Shown here piece by piece: positions 1-8,329 of a stretch of 64,000 bases of DNA (position 1 is the first letter of the stretch; each line of letters starts with the position of its first letter). The stretch is from NCBI GenBank assembly GCA_038727095.1, contig JAVYWK010000003.1:1-64000 (forward strand), written 5' to 3'. The position numbers and the translations under genes are program-made. A model generated the notes under the pieces. That model was not told the origin of the DNA. It did not search any database and worked only from the letters and a program-made list of their open reading frames with translations. The DNA comes from Thermofilaceae archaeon. GTDB taxonomy: Archaea > Thermoproteota > Thermoprotei > Thermofilales > Thermofilaceae.

Positions 1-441
1 AGATAGCCCGGGGATCATCTGCACGGGTAGAGCACCTATAGCAGCTTTATACGAGGTGTACAGCACCGCACAGAGCGCGTTACCGAGTAGGAGACAGAGT
101 AGCGAAGCAGCGATAAACCTGGGCCAGCGGAACCTCCCCTCTAGGAGCTTGCCCAGAAGGAAGAAGGCAGCGAAATTAGAAGGCACAGCAGCGATTAAGC
201 TCGGGAGGTACAGCGTTCCATGCTTTATGGAGTCGGCAACCAGGGTGCCTAAAGCTGCACCTACGCCGCCAACCCAAAGGCCAAAGAGCACGGCGAAAAC
301 GGATGGTATTACGATCGCAGGCCTGAACTGCCCCATCCCCCACGGGCTCTGTATGTACGCTGTAGCATAGGCTCCGCAAGCGTAGAGAGCTGCGTTCAAG
401 CTAACTAAGGCTGTTGTAAAGGCCACCCCTCGTTTTACCAC
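1..441 (-). CDS. ECF transporter S component-like membrane protein (QueT-like), runs off the window start
   Basis: Manual translation from GTG at 441: MVKRGVAFTTALVSLNAALYACGAYATAYIQSPWGMGQFRPAIVIPSVFAVLFGLWVGGVGAALGTLVADSI. It has the hydrophobic ALY / QFRP / G-x-G-x-A-LG pattern of S components. Not in the ORF track because the stop lies outside the window. Confidence 0.65.
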   Translation of the reverse strand, partial: MVKRGVAFTTALVSLNAALYACGAYATAYIQSPWGMGQFRPAIVIPSVFAVLFGLWVGGVGAALGTLVADSIKHGTLYLPSLIAAVPSNFAAFFLLGKLLEGRFRWPRFIAASLLCLLLGNALCAVLYTSYKAAIGALPVQMIPGLS

Positions 442-499
442 GCGAGCATAGTTATCGACGTCGCAAATATGCATTGTTATAATGATTTAAACATTTAAA

Positions 500-553
500 A
501 CATGAGGAGTGACACCCGGGAGGGAAGAAAGATTGATTAATAGTCTCCTGATG
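500..553 (+). ncRNA. Possible C/D box sRNA (weak; upstream partner of the next one)
   Basis: ATGAGGA (C-like) at 502, CTGA at 548-551, terminal CAT/ATG, AT-rich TATA-like sequence upstream. Internal boxes are degenerate. Confidence 0.3.
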
Positions 554-559
554 TTTCTC

Positions 560-618
560 GCGGCTGTGAAGAAAAAGCGCCTTCTGACTCTTGATGAGCG
601 GAAGTACCACTGAGCCGC
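560..618 (+). ncRNA. C/D box methylation guide sRNA
   Basis: GCGGC stem, GTGAAGA (C), 11-nt guide, CTGA (D'), TGATGA (C'), 12-nt guide GCGGAAGTACCA, CTGA (D), GCCGC stem. Intergenic and of canonical archaeal size. Confidence 0.8.
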
Positions 619-619
619 A

Positions 620-1471
620 CTACCTGCTTAATACCCTTCTCAGAGCGGCGAGGTTGTCCTTCGCGGCCCGAACGCCATCCTCGGGGTACTTGGGCTTTTC
701 CAGGTCTGGGTAGAATTCGGGTGGGCATTCGACGTTGAGGTAGCCGTCGTAACCCCCAACTTCCTTCAGCAGTTTTATCACTTTCGGCCAGTCAATGCTG
801 CCCATACCCACGTGGCGGAAGCCCCTTATGTTGCCCACGTTTACGTCAAAGTCCTTCACGTGGACCATGGCTATCCTCCCCCTCAGCAGTTTGATCCAGT
901 GCTCGTGGTAGCCGAAGGCAACGAGGTTCCCAACGTCTAGGTAGGCCTTCACGTAGTCAGAGTCGATCTCGTCCAAGAACCTTCTGAACTCAAGTGGGCT
1001 GTAGAGGAAGCGGTTCCATACGTTCTCCACCCCGCATGTGACTCCCAGCTCTTCCGCGATCTTTGCGGCCTCCCTGAGCGAGAGCTTAGCGTAATCGTAA
1101 GTCACTTCGTAGGGCACCTCGGGTCTAGCGACCGCCGGTACGACGAGGAGAACCTTAGCATCCAGATCCCTCGCGAGCTCCAGGCCGAGCCTGACGAACT
1201 CGAGAGCCGCCTTACGCTCAGCTTCGCTTGGAGAGCCTAGGTTGTACTTCCAAAAGACCCCAGTTGCAACGCTAGGAATCTCGAGACCCACCTCCCTAAT
1301 CTTTCTCCTCTCCTCCTTTGAGATGTCCCGAGGGTGTAGAAGGCCGTCATCGTATACCACTTCAGCCCCATCGTAGCCAAGCTCCTTCGCCGTCCTCACA
1401 GCTTCAGCCAGATCTGGTCTCTGGGCGTAACCGAAGCCGATCAACGTCCAGAGGTTTAAACCAACCTTCAC
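620..1471 (-). CDS. Sugar phosphate isomerase/epimerase (xylose isomerase-like TIM barrel)
   Basis: GYDGAE, GVENVWN, YLDVGN, VHVKD, G-x-G-x-IDW and GYDGYLNVE motifs. Confidence 0.85.
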   Translation of the reverse strand: MKVGLNLWTLIGFGYAQRPDLAEAVRTAKELGYDGAEVVYDDGLLHPRDISKEERRKIREVGLEIPSVATGVFWKYNLGSPSEAERKAALEFVRLGLELARDLDAKVLLVVPAVARPEVPYEVTYDYAKLSLREAAKIAEELGVTCGVENVWNRFLYSPLEFRRFLDEIDSDYVKAYLDVGNLVAFGYHEHWIKLLRGRIAMVHVKDFDVNVGNIRGFRHVGMGSIDWPKVIKLLKEVGGYDGYLNVECPPEFYPDLEKPKYPEDGVRAAKDNLAALRRVLSR

Positions 1472-2277
1472 GTGTTAATATGCGAGGCTGCCGTATAAGT
1501 GGATTGCCCCACCTTCAGGCTCCAAAATGCTACAGCTGCTGCGGCAACCAACCCGGATAGGAGTGAGATCAGAGCGTAGCTGTTCGTCGTCTGAGCCGTC
1601 ACTTTATTTCCCTCCCGTACAACTTCGACCAGCTCAATCCCCATCAGCTCGATGGACCCTCCAGACATCATCGCTACCGCGATTAGGATCTGAGAAACGA
1701 GAAGAGAGCACAATAGAGCGTAACCAAGGGTCGCAGAAGCGTTAAGGGAAGCCCATGAGAAGCGGGAAGGTTCTTTCCCTACGATTTCGATGGCTTCGCC
1801 CACATCCCTCACCCTCGCTTGACGACCAGCACCTGCAGCAATGATCGCTAGGGTTAGGTCGCCGGCAGAGCCCACCGTGTTCAATAGGCTTAGCCAGATT
1901 AAAAGTCCCCTAATCGCTTCGAACCCCTGGGTGAGCAGCAAAATTACGCAGGAGAAAAGCAGGGGGGTGAGAGCCACCACTAGCCACTTTACGAGCGGTA
2001 GATCACTACGGATGCTAACGTAAAGGCCTAGGGGTAGCGCACCCCTCCTCCACACTCCAATCGAGATTCCGCGAGCCCCTAAGAGGAGAGCGGCGACTGC
2101 GTGCAATAGCTCGTGCAGTACAACGGAGGCTAATATAGCTGCGAGAAACGCTGCCCAATCGGCTTGCATAAATCCGAAGAGGTGGCTGACGAACGAAGCC
2201 CAAGCAACAAAGAGGAGGAAGCCGAGCCCGAACACCCTGCCCAGGACTCGTGAAAGGTTCAGGAGCATGCTAAGCAC
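1468..2277 (-). CDS. Membrane zincin-like peptidase (DUF3267-like)
   Basis: HELLH motif, downstream N-x-x-GSAGD, several TM segments. Confidence 0.65.
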   Translation of the reverse strand: MLSMLLNLSRVLGRVFGLGFLLFVAWASFVSHLFGFMQADWAAFLAAILASVVLHELLHAVAALLLGARGISIGVWRRGALPLGLYVSIRSDLPLVKWLVVALTPLLFSCVILLLTQGFEAIRGLLIWLSLLNTVGSAGDLTLAIIAAGAGRQARVRDVGEAIEIVGKEPSRFSWASLNASATLGYALLCSLLVSQILIAVAMMSGGSIELMGIELVEVVREGNKVTAQTTNSYALISLLSGLVAAAAVAFWSLKVGQSTYTAASHINT

Positions 2278-3019
2278 CCAACTTGACGATGGATCTCAGA
2301 GCCCCCCTGGCAGCCCTGAGTTCGAGCCTCTGCCGAGCCTCAATGTTCGCCTCCATGAACTCGCCTGTGGCTAGATTATCGATCACGAGCAGTGCTGCTC
2401 CAGTCCTCAACCCGCGTAACCTGGCAACTGTGAATATGGTCGCGCACTCCATCTCCACAGCGATCGCGCCGAGAGCGCTCCAAGGCTCGAGGTTCGCCTC
2501 TTCTGCATGGAAGGCGTCGCTCGAAGCCACAACACCCCTGTGCACGTTGAAGCCCTCCTCCCGGAGCGCTTTCTCGAGCTCTAAAACCACCTCCGGGTCC
2601 GCAACCGCCGGGTAGCAGACGTTGGGAGCGTACATGCCGGGAGTGCCGCCTGGCTGGTAGAGCGCTCCCAGCGCTACAACGGCGTCGCCAACCCTCACCT
2701 TATCGGTTAGGCCACCGCACGTGCCGAGCCTCACGATCAGCCTAGCCCCCAACATTTTGAGCTCCTCTACGGCGATCGCGGCTGAAGGGCCACCGATCCC
2801 GTGCGTTGCCACAGTCACGCGAACCCCTTCAAAGAAGCCCGTGTACGTGTTGTAACCCCGGTGAAGGTTAACAGCCTTCGCGTCAACCAGCAGCTCCCGG
2901 GCAATCAGCTCAGCCCGACCCGGATCCCCAACAGCTAGAACCCTTTCAGCCACATCCCCCGGTTTCGCCAGAAAGTGGTAAGGCCTAGTCGCCAAAACGT
3001 GTTTTGAGGGTTTAAGCAT
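2270..3019 (-). CDS. Purine nucleoside / MTA phosphorylase (PNP/UDP family 1)
   Basis: GDPGRA, HGIGGPS, RLGTCG, SSDAF and AVEME motifs. Confidence 0.9.
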   Translation of the reverse strand: MLKPSKHVLATRPYHFLAKPGDVAERVLAVGDPGRAELIARELLVDAKAVNLHRGYNTYTGFFEGVRVTVATHGIGGPSAAIAVEELKMLGARLIVRLGTCGGLTDKVRVGDAVVALGALYQPGGTPGMYAPNVCYPAVADPEVVLELEKALREEGFNVHRGVVASSDAFHAEEANLEPWSALGAIAVEMECATIFTVARLRGLRTGAALLVIDNLATGEFMEANIEARQRLELRAARGALRSIVKLGA

Positions 3020-3048
3020 GGATCTCCTCCCCTATTCACGATTATAGC

Positions 3049-3072
3049 CTTTACTCCAAACTTTACTCCAAA
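3049..3072. repeat. 12-bp perfect tandem duplication CTTTACTCCAAA x2
   Basis: Directly visible at 3049-3060 and 3061-3072, upstream of the phosphorylase gene. Confidence 0.9.
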
Positions 3073-3214
3073 GGGATCACGCGTGCGCAGGCTTGCACGC
3101 TTGCAAACGCGACACTATTCAGAAACTGTACAAAAAAATGCCTCCAACACGCAACGTAGGGTGGAGCACTGGACTGGGGCACCGGGGGCCGGCTGACACG
3201 AGGGGGTTTCCCGG

Positions 3215-4786
3215 TTAGGGTCTTGCTTCAACGAAGAGGCCGAGAGGCGCTCTCAAAGTGCAGCCGCTGGCAAACCTGTAGTAGAGAAGACTCTCCCTAA
3301 CGTAAACTTCAACAGACGAATCCGTGCCACAAACCATCCCGCCTTGGTTTGTGATACCTGCTACGGCTCCTCTTACAATGGGTACGCCGAGGGCTCCGAC
3401 GAAGCTGCGGAAGGCATCGATTGCGGATTCGGCCAGCGGTATCGACAACCTCGGGAGTACAGCATCGGCCACCACCGATATGAACGCGCCGACAGGCACC
3501 TGGAGAATCGTAGCATCACAGGGTACAAGAACTGGGTAGAGAGTACTAGTGCTAAGAACCAGGTTCTCGTCAACGTCGAGCCTTCCATCATCCAGCGGCG
3601 GGAAGCTCGTCAAAACCCTCCTCCACCGAGTCCCCCCGTAGAACCAGTCCAAGATACTGCCGTGCAACAACCAGAACTCGGTACCACCCTGAACAACGTT
3701 CCCAACCGTAAGAACATCTGCAACAAAAGCTTCAACCCGATCTTCAACCCTCCGGCAAACCCTCCCACCACCAGGAGTCAAACTACAGAAGAGAAAATCA
3801 CCAAAGCTTATAGAAAACCTACCCCAAACGAAGATCCAAGACGCCCGTGGCGGGCATACGCTAACTCCGTTACTGTAGGAGACGTAAGCATGGCTACCCA
3901 GGGTTGGGCCTGCAACGTTGAAGTCCACGGGTGGGAGAAGCCCATCGCTGATCCTATTGAAGATTTGGCCCGAAGCCCAGACTAAGCGGAAATTGCTGTT
4001 AAAGCTTAACGCGAAGCCGATCACGGCAGTGAGGTGTGGTGCTTGGCTGGATGGGTTGTTGAGGATGAGGATGGGTATCTTGATGTAGGTTACGCCGCTG
4101 GCGTTTCGGAAGTAGCTGGCCGGTAGAGTGGAGGTTAGGTTTTCCACTCTTACAACCGCTCTAACGTGGTACTCGTACCAGCTCGTGTAAAGGGGTTCAA
4201 CACCGGCAGAACCATCAGCCGGTTGAGGGTCGATTCTCTCCGCTAGCACTGGTTGCAGGTAGAGGGTTTCGCGGTTTACGAGTGGCACTGGCTCACCCCT
4301 CCACAAGTGTAGGATGTACCTGTACGCCTTCGGCTCGAGTAGTTCGCTCGGCTTGTACTCGATTGTTGTAGTACCGTGGTAGAGGAGTTGGCCGTTGGAC
4401 GCGTTGCCAACGTAGGCTCGAACAATCAAAGCTGTCGTGAGGGTTTCCGGGTCTCCACCCCTACTCTCCACCAGGTTGATCCAGCCTTCCGCAATCTTCT
4501 GCAGCTGCTGGTGGCTGATGTAGGCAGCACCCCTACCCCTGTAGCAGGAGTAGAGCAGCTTTACCGTGTCGCCGCCCATCGATGCTGGCGCAACCGCGTC
4601 GATGAATAAGCACCAAACCACATCCCTGCGAGCCAGCAAACCGGTTTCATCGATGTGCGAGTACAAGCGGAGTTCAATGTAGAAGCCCGGTGGAGCCTTA
4701 AGCGCGAGTAGCGCGAGAGCGGTAGCAGCTACAGACGCTAAAACGAGAGTAAGCGGCAGCAAATCAGGCCTACCGAGCTTCCACAC
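3215..4786 (-). CDS. Hypothetical secreted or membrane-anchored protein
   Basis: 523-aa ORF with an N-terminal hydrophobic signal/TM segment and a beta-rich composition. No family recognised. Confidence 0.6.
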   Translation of the reverse strand: MWKLGRPDLLPLTLVLASVAATALALLALKAPPGFYIELRLYSHIDETGLLARRDVVWCLFIDAVAPASMGGDTVKLLYSCYRGRGAAYISHQQLQKIAEGWINLVESRGGDPETLTTALIVRAYVGNASNGQLLYHGTTTIEYKPSELLEPKAYRYILHLWRGEPVPLVNRETLYLQPVLAERIDPQPADGSAGVEPLYTSWYEYHVRAVVRVENLTSTLPASYFRNASGVTYIKIPILILNNPSSQAPHLTAVIGFALSFNSNFRLVWASGQIFNRISDGLLPPVDFNVAGPTLGSHAYVSYSNGVSVCPPRASWIFVWGRFSISFGDFLFCSLTPGGGRVCRRVEDRVEAFVADVLTVGNVVQGGTEFWLLHGSILDWFYGGTRWRRVLTSFPPLDDGRLDVDENLVLSTSTLYPVLVPCDATILQVPVGAFISVVADAVLPRLSIPLAESAIDAFRSFVGALGVPIVRGAVAGITNQGGMVCGTDSSVEVYVRESLLYYRFASGCTLRAPLGLFVEARP

Positions 4787-5650
4787 ATCCGAAAGCAGCG
4801 CTCAAAAAGCTTTATTTCTTGTGTAAACCTGAACCTTTCAAGGCACTCCAAGGATCGACAAGCTACAAGCGTGCGATACCGCCTGTAGCCCTTTTCCCGC
4901 TGCTTGAGGACGGTTACACCGGCTGTAGTAGACTTCCAAACGCCTGGGAGCTGAAGCGGTGTTCTTGTACTCCTCCAACCGCTTGATCAATTCGTCTTCT
5001 ACCCCCCGCTCGACGTGGCGCTGCAGCCCTACAATCCCGTTTTTACCCTTCAGGGGGCTTCCCACCTACGAACCCGTTTGATCGCTACTGTTCTCCCTTA
5101 CTCTTTTTTATTCGAAAAGAGTTTTATAAAACACTTTAACCCTCTCCCGTGTTTAAGTTGAGCTCTAGGCTCGTAGAAGGGCGGAGTGGGACGGCGTAGC
5201 CCACCTTACAGGCGGCTGTTGAAGGCTCAGAAAGGGTCGTGCCTATAGCCTTGGGGTAGAGTTCCCGAGGGAACACTTGTCCGTAAATTCACCTCTTCCC
5301 ACATTCTCTCGATTGCACCTCTCGGGCATGCTCTAGGGAGGGGGTGCTGAGTAAGAGCTAACTGTGGAACACGTGCTGGTGAGAAAAGGGGAGGGAAAGG
5401 GGGATGATTACTGGAGCTTTTCAGGCCGCAAGCCCCCTCTAGATCACTCTCCCCACAGGCTGCTTGCCTAGCCCGTGGACGCAGGCGACTCTCGAGTTCA
5501 GCCTCGACCCCCCAGCTTCCGCGTGAGCCTCTCTAACCCTCTAAACCCTATCTGCACCCCTGATCGCCTTCTCGATCCTCACCCTCAGCCTCTCCTCGAT
5601 CCCCTCCCTACTCTCAACGTCGGAGCCTGCTGCAAGCCCGTGGAGGTGCT

Positions 5651-6052
5651 GCACAGCAGCGCGCTAGCGTGCCCACTCCTCCGAGAGGGACTGAGAGGAG
5701 GGATGAAACCCGGAGGGGATCAGTAACCCCCAAGGCACCGCATAAAAACGAAAATGGGACCGGGGGTTAGGATTACAGGGTCTTCAGAGTACGAATGAAC
5801 AGGGAAACGAGGAGTGCCCTCATTAGCCTTTACAACAGGATTGTGAAAAAGGATCCAAAGCTGCGCGCGAAGAGGGTGCGAACCCCCAACCGGCGCATCG
5901 GCGACGGGGCACTGAAAAGCGTTTAAGCTGCCGTCATAAGGCGATCGTGCCCCATGACCCGCCCCGGTCGTCCATGGCTAAAAGCCGGGAAGGCGGGGGG
6001 CAGTCCCTCGAGGAAAACCATTAAGGGGGAAAATGTGCACCAGGCGCGGATC
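5651..6052 (+). mobile_element. Internally deleted, non-autonomous copy of the TnpB-like element (N-terminal gene remnant fused to the omegaRNA-like right end)
   Basis: Translates as AQQRASVPTPPRG...ETRRGSVTPKAPHKNENGTGG*DYRVFRVRMNRETRSALISLYNRIVKKDPKL, matching both TnpB-like N-termini. Its 3' end CCCTCGAGGAAAACCATTAAGGGGGAAAATGTGCACCAGGCGCGGATC matches the element 1 end CCCTCGAGGAAAACCAGTGAAGGGGGAGATGTGCACCCGGCGCGGAAC. Left boundary approximate. Confidence 0.85.
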
Positions 6053-6067
6053 ATTTAAGCTCAGCTT

Positions 6068-6784
6068 TCAAAGCATGTAGGTTGCATCCCTGGCGGCCTT
6101 CGCAGATGATCGCCTGTCGGCGCTAGCCGTGATCGCTCTTCCCACGATTTCGAAATCGGCTCCAGCCCTGATCGCTGACCCAAAGGGGGCTCCCTGTGCC
6201 CCAACGCCCGGAGAAAGCAGCAGCTTGTCTGGCGCTAACTCTCTAACTGCCTTAATGATGTGGGGTTTCGTGGCGGGCACCACGCAGCCTTCGAGACCCG
6301 CTCTCAAGGCCGTTTCGACGAGCTCGCGGAAGTGCTGATCGATCAGCACAGAACCTCCATGCGTCATGGCGACTAGGCCGAATAGCTCAGGCCTCTCCCG
6401 CGCGCTAGCTACCTCCTCGATCCCTCCCTGGAACAGGTGGATGATTGCGCCGTCAAAGCCCATCCTTTTTATCAGTTTCAACTCGTCGACGACTATCGGA
6501 GGCACGTCAGCAAGCTTGAAGTCGCAGAGCATGTAGAGGCTTCCGCGGAACCTATCCAAGAGGTATTCGACCTCCTCAAGACCCCATTTTAGAACCAGGG
6601 GTAAACCCACCTTCACACCAACTACGAACTCCTCAACTTCTTCAACCACCCCAGCAGGCCTCTCGTCTACAGCATCTAAAGCCAGAATCACCCTGGATTT
6701 CTTGGCCGCGACCAGCTCGCTGAGCTTTGAGGAGATCACAGCCGCCCCAGTAAGCGCCAAATATAACCTAAGCTCCTGAATCAT
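6068..6784 (-). CDS. pyrF: Orotidine 5'-phosphate decarboxylase
   Basis: ILALD, GVKVG, DFKLAD, SPGVGAQG and IVGRAI motifs. True start is probably somewhat downstream. Confidence 0.93.
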   Translation of the reverse strand: MIQELRLYLALTGAAVISSKLSELVAAKKSRVILALDAVDERPAGVVEEVEEFVVGVKVGLPLVLKWGLEEVEYLLDRFRGSLYMLCDFKLADVPPIVVDELKLIKRMGFDGAIIHLFQGGIEEVASARERPELFGLVAMTHGGSVLIDQHFRELVETALRAGLEGCVVPATKPHIIKAVRELAPDKLLLSPGVGAQGAPFGSAIRAGADFEIVGRAITASADRRSSAKAARDATYML

Positions 6785-7246
6785 GTGGACGTTTCACCTT
6801 CAGTGCAGCCCTTCGAAAGAATCTACGAACTGGTGATCCGAAAAGGCGTGTTCGAGGAGATCCTGAGCCACGTGAAAGAGGAATACCCCATTGAGGCTTG
6901 CGGCATCCTATTGGGGCATGTGAGTGAGGGTAAGGGGTTCGCGGAGAGAGCTAAGAGGTTGAGGAACATCCTGGCTTCGAACACGTCCTTTTGGTTCGAC
7001 GTACGCGAATGGATTGGCGCGATACTGGACGCAAGGAGGGAGGGGCTCAGCTACATCGGCCTCTACCACAGCCACGGCAGAGAGAAGCCACTCCCGTCGC
7101 CTAGCGATCAGCACAGGATGCTAGAGTGCCCGGGGGAGGTCTGGCTCATCGTGGCCTATACACCCGATAGCGAGCCGAAAGCAGCAGCTTACAGGATCGA
7201 CGACTTCGGCTCCGCGATAGCTAGAGTTCCCGTGAAGATCATTTAA
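6785..7246 (+). CDS. JAMM/MPN+ (Mov34) metalloprotease
   Basis: EACGILLG ... YHSH ... PSPSD motif. Confidence 0.88.
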   Translation: MDVSPSVQPFERIYELVIRKGVFEEILSHVKEEYPIEACGILLGHVSEGKGFAERAKRLRNILASNTSFWFDVREWIGAILDARREGLSYIGLYHSHGREKPLPSPSDQHRMLECPGEVWLIVAYTPDSEPKAAAYRIDDFGSAIARVPVKII

Positions 7247-7350
7247 AGCGGGCAGGGCGCGATCTACGTTACGCGCGGACCCGCGCACCAGCCCGGTAGC
7301 CGAATCCTAAGCGTTGATCCCATTAACACCCGCTCCGGAATTGGGAAATC

Positions 7351-8322
7351 GTGGTTGAAGCCGTAGTAGAAGCGAGGAGAGAGGTAAGTCTGGACAGGCT
7401 AGAGGTTCTGGTGAGGAGGGCCAACGAGTTGAAAGCTAACCTTGGTGCACTGGTGAGCGCGATCGAATCCAAGTACTCTTCTGACCCGCGGTTGGGCAGT
7501 TTGATCAGTAACGTCCTGAAAGCCGTGAAACCCCCCGAACCACCCGATGAGCAGCTGTTCAGCGTGGCGAGCAGCCTGGAGCGGTACGTGGGCGAGTTGG
7601 AGCGCAGCGTGAAGCTTCTCACGGAGTACGCTGTGACGCTGGACAAGCTCCAGGAGGAGTTCGGAAAGTTAGAGAAAGAGGCAGAGGAGCTTATAGCGTG
7701 GAGCGAGCTACTGAGGGAGGTAGCCCCGCACTTGGCTAACGACGCCTCCAGGTTAGCAGCGAAGGCTCAGAGGCTGATTCTTCAACCTCCGCTCGAGGAT
7801 CTGAGAAGAGCGCTGGACGAAGTCGATTTTCTGCTGAGGGAAGCTAAGAGCCACAACCGCGTCTGTAGGACGGCGTACGTTAACAGGGTGAACGAGCTTC
7901 TGGGCACCGCATCACAGCTCATTAAGGCTGTCAAGAGGGCACACGCGGGGAGCACGCTAACCGAGGCCAGCAAGCTTCTGGCGTTCGAAGAATCGCTAAA
8001 AGAAGTTATGAAGAAGCTAAGCGAAGCCGCGAGGCAGCCGCTCGCGGCCAGGATCGATCTAGCCAAGATTAAGCTCGATCTGGGAAGTATCGAGCGGGAG
8101 GTTTCCCTAATCCTTGAGCAAGTGTTCAACGAAGTGGATAGGGATCTTTCGAGGGAGGTTGAACGCTTGGCGCGAAGCTTGAACGGAAGACCAATAGCGC
8201 TATCCACGCTACTTGAAACCCTTTCAAAGAAGGTGAATCTACCCGTAGAGGCGCTAGCTCTTCAACTCGTATCATTGGAGAAACGAGGCTTCGTCACGAT
8301 ACAGGTGAAACTCGAGACGTAG
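7351..8322 (+). CDS. Hypothetical coiled-coil protein with a probable C-terminal winged helix
   Basis: Long heptad-rich helical ORF. C-terminal LSTLLETLSKK...LEKRGFV resembles a wHTH. Confidence 0.6.
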   Translation: MVEAVVEARREVSLDRLEVLVRRANELKANLGALVSAIESKYSSDPRLGSLISNVLKAVKPPEPPDEQLFSVASSLERYVGELERSVKLLTEYAVTLDKLQEEFGKLEKEAEELIAWSELLREVAPHLANDASRLAAKAQRLILQPPLEDLRRALDEVDFLLREAKSHNRVCRTAYVNRVNELLGTASQLIKAVKRAHAGSTLTEASKLLAFEESLKEVMKKLSEAARQPLAARIDLAKIKLDLGSIEREVSLILEQVFNEVDRDLSREVERLARSLNGRPIALSTLLETLSKKVNLPVEALALQLVSLEKRGFVTIQVKLET

Positions 8323-8329
8323 AAGAATC

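Noticed and set aside
4838-5726. ORFs 4838-5065 (-) and 5475-5726 (+) as real genes
   Set aside because: Short, no recognisable motifs, and partly overlapping the decayed element; probably debris.
7237-7250. GATCATTTAAAGC resembles the copy 3 junction GATCATTTAAGC as a possible guide target
   Set aside because: The match is short, needs a gap and does not extend.
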